IMG/VR virus record: IMGVR_UViG_3300020388_001444
Span: 1-42,863 of that record
Source: a virus
Lineage: Duplodnaviria > Caudoviricetes
DNA length: 42,863 bases
Strand: one strand, 5' to 3'
Below are positions 1 through 8,557 of the stretch, piece after piece. The notes under the pieces were generated by a model that was not told the origin of the DNA, did no database searches, and worked only from the letters and a program-made list of their open reading frames with translations. The position numbers and the translations under genes are program-made. Numbering within the stretch: the first letter of the stretch is position 1; each line of letters opens with the position of its first letter.

Positions 1-384
1 TTAATCTATGAGTTCTAAACGTTTCATTACCGCATCAACTTTTTGCGCGTTAAAGGGCTTAGCTATAAATTCTTTTGCGCCTAGCTCCCAGGTATTTTGC
101 ACTGTTTCAAAGCTATTGTGGCCTGAACACATAACAACATGTGCATGAGGGTGTTCGTTGTTAATCGACTCTAAAATTTCAATGCTTTCAGAATCAGGTA
201 AATCAACATCTAAGAATATAACGTTGGGTGATTTTTCAATAAGCAGAGGTTTAGCACAATTAAAATTATCGCACTCAATAATGTCATCAAAACCTAAACC
301 GGCTAATACTTGGCTTAAATCAGCGCGGATCTGTTTAACATCATCAATAATTAAAATTGGTTCGAGTGGGCGTACAAATTCCAT
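1..384 (-). CDS. Host single-domain response regulator (CheY-like receiver)
   Basis: Receiver motifs: IIDD acidic pair, FLDVDLP phospho-acceptor Asp, CSG, GA..FIAKPF; lies outside the prophage ends. Confidence 0.9.
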   Translation of the reverse strand: MEFVRPLEPILIIDDVKQIRADLSQVLAGLGFDDIIECDNFNCAKPLLIEKSPNVIFLDVDLPDSESIEILESINNEHPHAHVVMCSGHNSFETVQNTWELGAKEFIAKPFNAQKVDAVMKRLELID

Positions 385-483
385 ATGAATACTTCAATGT
401 TTTTTACGGCTTGTGCTTTAATATTAAGCTAAGCATTAAGGAACCTCAAGGTGATAACTATGAATAACCATAATAGTTGTTTA

Positions 484-530
484 AAGCCACTTAATGTCCG
501 ATACCGTCTAGTATTGGACTTAGTGAGCTT
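484..530. repeat. Imperfect inverted repeat (hairpin) in the host flank
   Basis: AAGCCACTTAATGTCCGATAC-CGTCTA-GTATTGGACTTAGTGAGCTT pairs over about 20 bp with bulges. Confidence 0.55.
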
Positions 531-571
531 GAAGCTTTTAAAATAGACCGCTGTTTATATATAGGTATATT

Positions 572-599
572 ACTACCTATAATTTATATTATGTTAAAT
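572..599 (+). other. dif: dif-like XerC/XerD recombination site (probable chromosome or chromid dif)
   Basis: ACTACCTATAA-TTTATA-TTATGTTAAAT: 11-6-11 structure; XerD arm identical to the canonical TTATGTTAAAT; XerC arm keeps the inner ATAA. Confidence 0.8.
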
Positions 600-627
600 A
601 GCATATATATGTACTTAAGCAAACTAA

Positions 628-632
628 CTATC
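628..632. repeat. Left copy of 5-bp target-site duplication (CTATC)
   Basis: CTATC immediately precedes TG at 633 and recurs immediately after CA at 42834. Confidence 0.9.
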
Positions 633-831
633 TGTAAGGGGTTGTTCATTTCTAGAATAATGATGATATGAGGATTTTCGCCCTCGTCTTTTGGAAAAGC
701 CCATTATTACTGGGGTTAGCTAATCCTGAGCGGAAAATTAGTTAAATCTGGATTACGCTTGGTTTTAGACGAAACCTGTTCAAACTGACTCATTACCCAA
801 TCATTCCTGCTCATTATACGTTTAGAATTAG
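633..831 (+). repeat. Left end with putative transposase-binding repeats
   Basis: TTCTAGAA at 650-657 (same offset from the end as the right-end site), GGTTTTAGA at 761-769, TTTAGAATTAG at 821-831 (exact reverse complement of 42784-42794). Confidence 0.6.
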
Positions 832-845
832 ATCATTTCTGATCG

Positions 846-895
846 TTTAACTTTCCTTTAAATACACTTTAAACGCCTTTTAAACGCTGTTTAAA
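846..895. repeat. Phased TTTAAA array 1 (11-bp period)
   Basis: TTTAAC 846; TTTAAA 857, 868, 879, 890. Confidence 0.85.
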
Positions 896-914
896 TATTT
901 TGAGCTGCCGATAT

Positions 915-2057
915 TTAAAGTTTTTCGGCAGCTATAATTGTATTGAACTGCGGTCCTAGCTCTATTGTGATCATAAAACCTTGGTACGATATTTTTACTT
1001 GGTTGCCTATATAAGTAAACGTATTTGGATTTTGAACAGCGTTCATTAGTTCGTGTATTTGTTCAATTGCTAATTGGCCAGTTAAGAGCTTTTCAATTTG
1101 AGCGCTGCTGACTGTAACAGTGCTACTATATATAGGTGCGTTTTTACGTGATAACTCGTTTAGTAAATTTACTGGCAAGTGCCCTAGCGTAAATTGCTGG
1201 CCATCGGCTCCTGATTTTTTAAGTGCCAACTTTGCTGCTTGCAAGTTTACCTGCTTTATATAGTACTGCTTAGATTTTAAAACTGCCTCGTTAAATTGTG
1301 ATACCGCCAGTTGTTGTAAATCCTTTGATAGATTTATGACTGACTTACCCGCTGCAATGTCTGCACCTAACCATGCTTTCCCTGGATTATAATCCCAACC
1401 TAAATCAATGCCTGGTAACTTACTTAGCTCTTCACCTGTAGATGGATCAACAACATTAAATGACTCCATAAACTTATCTACTTTTTCAGGCTTGGTAACA
1501 GATAAACCCATACGTGCTATATCGCGCGCATTAAGTGATACTACTTTACACCTGCAGTTATACCCATTCGGTGGATAATGTGTATCCCAAAAAGGATGAT
1601 CCACTGGAAGTAAAATATAATTCCATTTACCGTGTTCAGGTCTTACGCGGCTATCACCAGCAGTTAAGTATAATAAATATGGCCTGCGCTCTTTTAAACG
1701 CTGTTGTTGTTGCCAACGGCCAGCTGCACGCGCGGTGTTTTTATTGTTTTGATAAATTACTTTTGAACGCCAGCCCCGCTTGCCATTGTATGACCAACCT
1801 TGATCACTCACTATTTTGTCAAAGCGTTTTCTAAAGTCCGATATAGTTTCGCCATCACTAATCGCTTTATCTACTGCTTTATATAGCTCGTTTATAATTT
1901 CGATTTGAGTTGCACCGGCAACAGTAAATGCCTTGGCGTGAATTAAGCCTTGTAAATCTTTATATGATTCACTGGTTAGCTTAATTTTGTCTTTGAAATG
2001 AGAAATGGCTTCCTTGAACTTAACAAGGTCGCCATATTGTGGAGCTGGTAAGGCCAT
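915..2057 (-). CDS. Mu gpF-like head morphogenesis (minor head) protein with C-terminal extension
   Basis: AFTVAG, GDSRVRPEH, HYPPNGYNCRC and GWDYNPG motifs typical of Phage_Mu_F. Confidence 0.9.
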   Translation of the reverse strand: MALPAPQYGDLVKFKEAISHFKDKIKLTSESYKDLQGLIHAKAFTVAGATQIEIINELYKAVDKAISDGETISDFRKRFDKIVSDQGWSYNGKRGWRSKVIYQNNKNTARAAGRWQQQQRLKERRPYLLYLTAGDSRVRPEHGKWNYILLPVDHPFWDTHYPPNGYNCRCKVVSLNARDIARMGLSVTKPEKVDKFMESFNVVDPSTGEELSKLPGIDLGWDYNPGKAWLGADIAAGKSVINLSKDLQQLAVSQFNEAVLKSKQYYIKQVNLQAAKLALKKSGADGQQFTLGHLPVNLLNELSRKNAPIYSSTVTVSSAQIEKLLTGQLAIEQIHELMNAVQNPNTFTYIGNQVKISYQGFMITIELGPQFNTIIAAEKL

Positions 2058-2058
2058 A

Positions 2059-2601
2059 TTATTGCTCTTTTAGTGACTGTTGAATGTCCTGAATTTCATT
2101 TCTTCGTGAATTATCACGGCTATTACCAAAGAAGAAATTCAATATTGACGCTACAACGGTGCCTAAAATAAAGCCCAAAATGGTGTCTGCAAAGCGTGTT
2201 GCGGTATCTGGAATGGTTAAAAACGTTATACAGCCTATGTATATAACCGTTGCAACAGACCAAAACCACGCATAGTAATAAATGAAGCGTTTAGAAAACT
2301 TATCATCTTGATTAAGTGCCTGTATCTGCATATTTCGGGCGCTTTGAGTATTTTTAAACGCTAAATCATCAAGCTCTTTTTCACGGTTTAATATGGTTTG
2401 CCTAAGCTCTTGTTGTAATGCACTCGATTGCTGAATACGGTTCATAGCCTCTTGTGGTGAACCGCAATTAGTGAGTGTTTGTGCCATATCAACAACTTTA
2501 GACGCGACCTTTGATCCATTGTCGCCCCCTATCCAACTGCCTATTTTTTTATCCAGGCCTGTGAGCTTTGCAAGGCCGAGCGCTATCGTAACTGGGTCCA
2601 T
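2059..2601 (-). CDS. Putative holin-like membrane protein
   Basis: Two C-terminal hydrophobic segments ending NFFFGNS and a QSARNMQ motif, as in 3TM/GTA-type holin-like proteins. Confidence 0.55.
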   Translation of the reverse strand: MDPVTIALGLAKLTGLDKKIGSWIGGDNGSKVASKVVDMAQTLTNCGSPQEAMNRIQQSSALQQELRQTILNREKELDDLAFKNTQSARNMQIQALNQDDKFSKRFIYYYAWFWSVATVIYIGCITFLTIPDTATRFADTILGFILGTVVASILNFFFGNSRDNSRRNEIQDIQQSLKEQ

Positions 2602-3042
2602 TTATGCCTCCATTGATTCGTAAGATATGCCACCAATCAGTTCAAGCTCGATATTTTCAATGCGCTTAAATTGACGAACAAGTGACTTAGACGTTGTAAA
2701 AGAACAATCAAAATATTCAGTTTTATCATGCAATTTTGGGAAATGCTTTTTTGCATCGCGTTTACCAAAGGTTTTTTGAATACGCTTAATTTCAGTAGGT
2801 TTATATAATGATATGGAGCGCTTGCGCCATACTTGCTCAAGGCATACAGGGCGTGACTCTTTTTTGTTAAACCATTCACCTTTTATGAAGTCATCAATAT
2901 AAACGCTTAACACGGTTGTCGATTCAGATTTTCTCTGACGTTGAACAGAGACTTTGTGATCACCTACAGAGAAAACAACATTACCAAATGTGCCTGCAAG
3001 TTCGTTTTCTATCTCTGTCCACTGCTCTTTTGTAATGGCCAT
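2602..3042 (-). CDS. Hypothetical phage protein
   Basis: 146-aa ORF tightly packed in the leftward operon. Confidence 0.75.
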   Translation of the reverse strand: MAITKEQWTEIENELAGTFGNVVFSVGDHKVSVQRQRKSESTTVLSVYIDDFIKGEWFNKKESRPVCLEQVWRKRSISLYKPTEIKRIQKTFGKRDAKKHFPKLHDKTEYFDCSFTTSKSLVRQFKRIENIELELIGGISYESMEA

Positions 3043-3052
3043 AAGCGCCCCG

Positions 3053-3667
3053 CTACAGTTTTGCTATATCGAGTGAAATTGCTTGCTCAATGCCGTTATC
3101 ATCTTGCTTGTAAAAGCGGATAAAGCGGGTTGAGTCAACCACGCCAACGGATTCCGCAATAATGTTCATGGCTTTAGCCCATTTGCCTGAATCGTCAGTA
3201 ATTTCGAGTTTACGCAGCGCTAAAATGCGTTGCGGGTTAAGTGAACCTTGCTTATCGGTATTGAACGTTTTGCTAACAATAGCCTTAATGTTTTGATTGC
3301 CGCCTTCGGTCCATTCATCTAGGCATTGATCAATTAATTGTTTAGCAAGGGTAAGTTCTGGGCCAAGTTCAATGCGTTCTTGCGTTTGCAGAGTTACTTT
3401 TAATTGGCTGTCAAAGGTGCGTAACATCACATTGCCTTTTTTACCGCCTAAGTTAACGCCATGTTCTTGAGCTAATAGCTCTATAAAGTCGTCGGCCTCA
3501 GCCATTAAACTTTGTTTAAACTCTGCCAGTGCTTTTTGCATTTCAATCGCTTTATCAATGGCTTTTTTAACAAACTCGTCTTTGATTAAATCGGTTTGTT
3601 TGATGTTAGCAATGGCGACTAAATTGCCTTTGCCGTCTTTTAAATACCCGTCAGGAACATTATTCAT
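3053..3667 (-). CDS. DUF3164 family protein (common in Mu-like phages)
   Basis: GY..D.KG.LV, GGKKGNV, AK.LID.CL.EW, W..AM..I.ES...RFY motifs. Confidence 0.85.
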   Translation of the reverse strand: MNNVPDGYLKDGKGNLVAIANIKQTDLIKDEFVKKAIDKAIEMQKALAEFKQSLMAEADDFIELLAQEHGVNLGGKKGNVMLRTFDSQLKVTLQTQERIELGPELTLAKQLIDQCLDEWTEGGNQNIKAIVSKTFNTDKQGSLNPQRILALRKLEITDDSGKWAKAMNIIAESVGVVDSTRFIRFYKQDDNGIEQAISLDIAKL

Positions 3668-5162
3668 TGTCTATCTCCACAGTTTTAGAATTAGCCTCGT
3701 TCATGCCTGCCATAAACTCATACTCCATTGCTGATTGGGCTACTTGCACCAGCGTAGAGTCTGAAATATCGGGGAATTGTGAGGTGATTTTTTGTTTAAG
3801 TTCGTCCAGGTCTTTTGATGCCTGAGCAAAATTAAAAAGCTGTTTAATGGTGTCGTCTGTTGCGTGATCAAACACATCTAACTCGTTGGTAAGCTCTACG
3901 CTTTCAGTTGGCTTTTTGGCAAACTCTGTTTTAGCAGGTGTTGCAATGCCATGGCCTTCGTCGGGCACATCAAGTATTGCTTCACCGTCTTTTGGTTTAG
4001 GTACACCGAGCTCTTGATAAGCCCAGTCTTCACCAACTGGCACAATACGGGCGGTTTCGCGCACGCGGGTTACGGTGTCGGTGTTAATTTCGCGTTTGTC
4101 TTTAAAAATGAATTTTGGCGGTTCGCCACCATCAAAATTTACCGTATGAAGCGAATTTAAAAGCTGATTGCGGTATGACGCTACAAGCGCCCTGTCTGAG
4201 CGTTGGTTGTCGCCTGCACGTTTTGCATGAGTTTCGCTGGCAGCACGTGCGCCGCCATTTTTTTGCTCTGTTGCTAAGGTTTGACTGGTTAAAGCTTTGC
4301 TTATTTCAGCATTACAAAAGTTAACCAAGCGCTCGGGCACTGGCTCGCCAGATAGCTTGCTTTCAATAATATCAATGCTTGTGTCATCGGGTATGGCGGC
4401 TATGCCGTCTTGAACAAGCTTAGCTAGCCCATCAAGTAAGTTATTTATGTCTGAATCTTTACTGCCTATTGGGTATTTACCCACAGGAAATGGAATACCA
4501 AAGCGCTCGCACAGCTGTACAAAAAACTTAAAGCCGCCATGCTTAAACGTCCATGGCCAAAAACAACTACTTAATAATGCAATACCATACGGGTTTTCGG
4601 CACTTGGCATATGGCGAACACACGACCAACGACGAGAATCGACTATTTCGCCCTGTGGGTTTTCACTGGTTTTTACTAATAACTCGTGATCACTATTAAA
4701 CGCAAAGCGGCTGTTACGCCATGTTTCTACGTATTCGGGTTGCCAATGGCCATTGCTTTTAATGTACTTGCCAAGGTGGGTAACACTAAAACCATTTAAA
4801 ATGGCGCTGTAATTGTGCCAGTCCATATCGGCCCATTCTGTATGTGGGCATGGTTTACGGGCAAAAAAGGCTTTAGCTAACTCATAACTTTTTAAACTGG
4901 CTGCGTCATCCCCCCCTGGTACAAGCTCGGTGTTAAAGCTAAATAAGCCACTGCGCAGTGAGCGCAACTCTCCAATAACGTGCGCATCACGGGCTATTTC
5001 TTCATAAATAGCGGTGTTTTTACCCGCACGGCGCAGTATTGGATCTGGATTTGGTAGCTCAGTAATAAGCGCTGTTAGGCTAGGGTCTAAGCGGTTTTGG
5101 TCAAACATACGGTTAAGCGCAGCGTATGCTTTTGATGTAATACGTGGCTTGCTTTTAAACAT
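3660..5162 (-). CDS. Portal protein (Mu gp29 / DUF935 family)
   Basis: NPYG..LL, F.ERFG.P..GKY, N.EISKA..QTL motifs; follows terminase. Confidence 0.9.
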   Translation of the reverse strand: MFKSKPRITSKAYAALNRMFDQNRLDPSLTALITELPNPDPILRRAGKNTAIYEEIARDAHVIGELRSLRSGLFSFNTELVPGGDDAASLKSYELAKAFFARKPCPHTEWADMDWHNYSAILNGFSVTHLGKYIKSNGHWQPEYVETWRNSRFAFNSDHELLVKTSENPQGEIVDSRRWSCVRHMPSAENPYGIALLSSCFWPWTFKHGGFKFFVQLCERFGIPFPVGKYPIGSKDSDINNLLDGLAKLVQDGIAAIPDDTSIDIIESKLSGEPVPERLVNFCNAEISKALTSQTLATEQKNGGARAASETHAKRAGDNQRSDRALVASYRNQLLNSLHTVNFDGGEPPKFIFKDKREINTDTVTRVRETARIVPVGEDWAYQELGVPKPKDGEAILDVPDEGHGIATPAKTEFAKKPTESVELTNELDVFDHATDDTIKQLFNFAQASKDLDELKQKITSQFPDISDSTLVQVAQSAMEYEFMAGMNEANSKTVEIDNE

Positions 5163-6894
5163 GATAGCCCCTTATTTGTTTTGTCACTTTACGGCTATTT
5201 ACACGAGGAACGCCGCCTGCCCCTGTACTGGCTATCATCCATAAAATAGCCAGGGCACAACTTAAATCATAGTGATGGGTTGTTTGCTTTTCTGGCCAGT
5301 TTTCAAGCTCGTCGAGTAGTAAGCGACACCGTGAATGAAAGGCAATTTGTGCCGGCGTATTGGTTACATAAGTTTCTAGTGAGCCTATACGTTCCTCTGC
5401 AGATATGGTTGCTGTAACACCACGTAAAGGCAGTGCTATACCTTGCTCTAAGCCTGTAGTAATAAATTGGCTACGCATAAAATCAAAGGCATTGTTATTT
5501 TCAAAGCCCCATACGCGGCAGTTATATTCTTTTTGGGCGCGAATTAAGTCGTTAAGTAAACGGCTAGTACCACGAACCTTACGGCTTTCGTATTCAACGT
5601 GCAGCTTTTGTAAATCTTGGGAATAAAAACCCACTAATATAGCGCTGGGATCGGCTTTTTCTGTTTTGCCCATACTTGGGTCGCACGCGCCATAGGGTAT
5701 CCATTCGTTTAAGCGGTCTACCCAAAAATCAAACTGGTAAAATATGGCTTCTTCGTCACTTTTGGCAATGCCTTGCATTTCACGGTTAAACTCACGTTTA
5801 TTAGCCGCCCACATACACATTAAATCGTAGAGTGTACGCACACTTGGCCAACTGGTTTGGGCACCTTTAAGCATTTGCTTTTTACGCTTTAACCAAAATT
5901 TAAACGAGGGTTTTTGCTCAGTTGAAACAGCCTCACCCTTTGCGGCAGCGCGTTTTTCAAAGCGTTTGTCGTCGTGCACCATTAAATCGCGGCACTCTTC
6001 CCATAAATCCATGCGTTCAGGCATTTGTTTAATGGCTTTAAAGCGGTGAACAATATGCCCTGGTGCTTCTTCGGCGCGGCTTATTGGGTCATCGTTATTT
6101 AAAACGGTATTTACACCTAAAAATTTAACGGTGCCATCGGGTGGGCCAAGGTATTGCACGGCTGCTTCTAAAAAGCGCCAACGGTTATCACGCTCTGTGG
6201 GCGATTTAGCCTCGGCATCGGTAATAATGTCATCGGATAGCAGTAGCTTAGGGCGGCTGGCACCATGGAACGTACCGCGTACTGACTGCTCAGCACCACG
6301 GCTTTCAAAGCGTACGCCTTGCGCTGTTACAAACTCGCCTAACTTCCATACAGGGGATTTTTGGCACACTTCGGGAAAGTCTAACGAAAGATTATTATTG
6401 TTAAGCAACTCAGTTTTAACTACCTCGAGTGTTTTGGTTGGCATTTTTGTTTCAGCGCCAAACAAAATTACAAAATCAATAAATTGGGTTATTTTAGCAA
6501 GGCCCAGGTCTTGGCAAATTTCAGGGTCTTGCAATAGCGCCAGCACCGCTACATACACAGGGGCAATTTTTACCCCAAGGGTACTTTTGCCCTCACCACG
6601 CGGGGCTACAAACCAGTTTTTCCAGCCATTTTTAAGCTTGAGCGCTTCGGGAAACCAGTTCATAAAATAGCTTTGGAATTCAGACGCTGTTTGATCGTCG
6701 TCAAGCCACATATGATGCGGAAAATACGTATAAACAAAAAACTCAAAATCGCCGCCAAGTACACGTTTACGACGTGCTTTAATTGCAGCGGGGCTTGGGT
6801 CTATGTTGCGCTCTTTTGCTTCTATATCACGGCGTAGTGAACCGGTTATTTGTTCTATTTCAGCTAAAAACTCGCGTGAATTCATATCGGCCAT
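5155..6894 (-). CDS. Terminase large subunit (Mu gp28-like)
   Basis: Walker A APRGEGKST, RP.LLLSDD Walker B, nuclease ACDPS; between small terminase and portal. Confidence 0.9.
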   Translation of the reverse strand: MADMNSREFLAEIEQITGSLRRDIEAKERNIDPSPAAIKARRKRVLGGDFEFFVYTYFPHHMWLDDDQTASEFQSYFMNWFPEALKLKNGWKNWFVAPRGEGKSTLGVKIAPVYVAVLALLQDPEICQDLGLAKITQFIDFVILFGAETKMPTKTLEVVKTELLNNNNLSLDFPEVCQKSPVWKLGEFVTAQGVRFESRGAEQSVRGTFHGASRPKLLLSDDIITDAEAKSPTERDNRWRFLEAAVQYLGPPDGTVKFLGVNTVLNNDDPISRAEEAPGHIVHRFKAIKQMPERMDLWEECRDLMVHDDKRFEKRAAAKGEAVSTEQKPSFKFWLKRKKQMLKGAQTSWPSVRTLYDLMCMWAANKREFNREMQGIAKSDEEAIFYQFDFWVDRLNEWIPYGACDPSMGKTEKADPSAILVGFYSQDLQKLHVEYESRKVRGTSRLLNDLIRAQKEYNCRVWGFENNNAFDFMRSQFITTGLEQGIALPLRGVTATISAEERIGSLETYVTNTPAQIAFHSRCRLLLDELENWPEKQTTHHYDLSCALAILWMIASTGAGGVPRVNSRKVTKQIRGYHV

Positions 6895-7400
6895 TAGTCG
6901 TCTAACTCCGTATCGAGCTTAGGACCAAACGCGGTAAGTATTTCAACAAATTCGGGCGCAAAGTCAGGGTATTTGGTTGACACAAACTTAGCCAAAATTT
7001 TAAGCACTTCGGTGGCAATGGTGCGCTTTTCAAGCTTTTTATTACCGCCCGACACTTTCATTACCTTGCTCATCATATCGGTAAGTGAGCTCAATATTTT
7101 GGTGCGTTGGTCAAGTGGCAGTGCTGCGCCTTCGGCTGATTTTAAAAGCTCAAAGGTTTCGTTTACTTGAATGGTAAATTCTTCAATAAAGTCGGTGGTA
7201 AACTCCCCTGCAGTGCCTTCGCTACGGCGGCTTGCTGCACGGGCTAAGTCCCAATCGTCACCGTTTTCTTTGGCTTCCATTTTCCAGCGTCGTGCGGTGC
7301 CATCGGCCACACTGTGCTTAATAGCGGCAACACTTAACGCAAGCAGCTCGGTTACATAGCTGTGGCGTACGGCGTTTTTCTTTTCAGCTGGGTGTGCCAT
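6894..7400 (-). CDS. DUF1804 family protein, probable terminase small subunit
   Basis: MAH...K..VR..Y, TARRWK....GDDWD.ARAA HTH motif; immediately upstream of the large terminase. Confidence 0.8.
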   Translation of the reverse strand: MAHPAEKKNAVRHSYVTELLALSVAAIKHSVADGTARRWKMEAKENGDDWDLARAASRRSEGTAGEFTTDFIEEFTIQVNETFELLKSAEGAALPLDQRTKILSSLTDMMSKVMKVSGGNKKLEKRTIATEVLKILAKFVSTKYPDFAPEFVEILTAFGPKLDTELDD

Positions 7401-7738
7401 TAGCCCGCCATCCCATTTTTTACAGCATAGGCAATAAGCGACACAGCCAAACCCGCAGTGCCACCCATGGCAGCTACTTTAACGCGTTGGTTTGTTAGCT
7501 TTTCTTCAACCTTGCTTAAGCGGTCATCTTGCTTATTAATGGCTGCAATTTGGCGTTTTTCGCTTTTTTCTATATCAAGCTTTAAGCCATCGGTTATTTC
7601 TTTTTGACGCGCTTCGGATTTTTCAATGCTTTGATGAATATCGGCTTTTATATCTTTTAGGTCATTTAAAATAGCGGCTTGGCTGCCCTGTATTTCACCA
7701 ATGGCCTGAAAAAGTAAGTTTTCTTGCTCTTGATTCAT
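7400..7738 (-). CDS. Coiled-coil protein with C-terminal transmembrane segment (possible lysis accessory)
   Basis: Heptad-rich body and hydrophobic tail VAAMGGTAGLAVSLIAYAV; follows endolysin. Confidence 0.55.
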   Translation of the reverse strand: MNQEQENLLFQAIGEIQGSQAAILNDLKDIKADIHQSIEKSEARQKEITDGLKLDIEKSEKRQIAAINKQDDRLSKVEEKLTNQRVKVAAMGGTAGLAVSLIAYAVKNGMAG

Positions 7739-7747
7739 GGGTGTTCC

Positions 7748-8191
7748 TTACGGGTTAAATACTTTAATGCCCGTCCAGGTAGGCGTGCGCACATCAAAAT
7801 GAAACCAGCTCACTTGACCTTCAATGGCGGTGATATACGGGAATTTTTGCGGGTGGGCTAATACGTAGTCACGTACTTGCTGAGCGGTGTAGTTTTTAAA
7901 GCTACAGTCGAATGCTTTGCCTAGCTTATGTTGGCTGCGTTTAGCACCTATGGTGCAATCAAGTGGGCGATAGCCACGGTATTGATTAGCACCGCCCCAA
8001 TACCAGTTGTTTACTGTGCATGGGCCGAATGTGTCGCGTAACTTTTGCAGCATACGCAATGCGCGTTCATCAAACAGATGAATTAAAAATAATGGGGTAT
8101 CGTTAAATAGTTCAAACGTGGCTTTAGGTACCAACTCTTGAAATATAAAACTAGGGGCTGTAGGCACGGTTACTCTATTTTTTACCGCCAT
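7748..8191 (-). CDS. Endolysin, peptidase M15 family
   Basis: GYR, SQH..G.AFD and HFDVR zinc-peptidase motifs; Mu lys position. Confidence 0.85.
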   Translation of the reverse strand: MAVKNRVTVPTAPSFIFQELVPKATFELFNDTPLFLIHLFDERALRMLQKLRDTFGPCTVNNWYWGGANQYRGYRPLDCTIGAKRSQHKLGKAFDCSFKNYTAQQVRDYVLAHPQKFPYITAIEGQVSWFHFDVRTPTWTGIKVFNP

Positions 8192-8432
8192 GTTGAGTCC
8201 TTGTAATGTGAGTTAAACGTTGTTTATTTAGGACGTAACAGGCAGGCAAACGGGTATCGCGTAAAGGTTTTTTGTTTGCAGGATTTAGCAGCTCTTTTAC
8301 ACGGGTACGTAATGCGGGCAAGTCTTGATACGGGCAACGGCGAGATAACGCTATTTGCTCGTTTTTGGAGCTGGCCGACACAATAAGCTGAGCTAAAAAC
8401 TCAATAATTGGCGCATGCACTGTTTTTGTCAT
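8175..8432 (-). CDS. Hypothetical protein, first gene of the leftward late operon
   Basis: 85-aa ORF whose ATG lies 6 nt after a putative -10 box. Confidence 0.6.
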   Translation of the reverse strand: MTKTVHAPIIEFLAQLIVSASSKNEQIALSRRCPYQDLPALRTRVKELLNPANKKPLRDTRLPACYVLNKQRLTHITRTQHGGKK

Positions 8433-8438
8433 GCGTTA

Positions 8439-8484
8439 AGTAAATCAATTTAGGGGGATGCTAAACACTGTAAAGTTTTTTGCG
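8439..8484 (-). promoter_or_regulatory. Putative late promoter for the lysis/packaging operon (activator box plus -10)
   Basis: Minus strand CGCAAA-AAAC-TTTACA, 24 nt, then TTTACT; same geometry as the 22079 and 31731 sites. Confidence 0.6.
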
Positions 8485-8519
8485 GCTGGGGCTTTCGAGT
8501 TGGTCTATTAGGTTAGAAT

Positions 8520-8551
8520 AAAAAGGCTTGCTATTACAAGAGGGGCAAGCC
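8520..8551 (-). terminator. Putative intrinsic terminator after the KAP NTPase
   Basis: GGCTTGC(8525-31)...GCAAGCC(8545-51) stem followed by a T-run on the minus strand. Confidence 0.55.
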
Positions 8552-8557
8552 AACTTT

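Noticed and set aside
478-507. Alternative left end TGTTTAAAGCCACTTAATGTCCGATA resembling the reverse complement of the window's last 30 bp
   Set aside because: Needs a gap and has no checkable TSD; the 633/42834 ends have matched offsets and an exact 5-bp TSD.
846-895. TTTAAA arrays as CRISPR or simple tandem repeats
   Set aside because: The unit is only 6 bp with 5-bp variable spacers; no cas genes or 25-40 bp repeats.
6131-6670. 179-aa plus-strand ORF
   Set aside because: Antisense shadow of terminase with no motifs.
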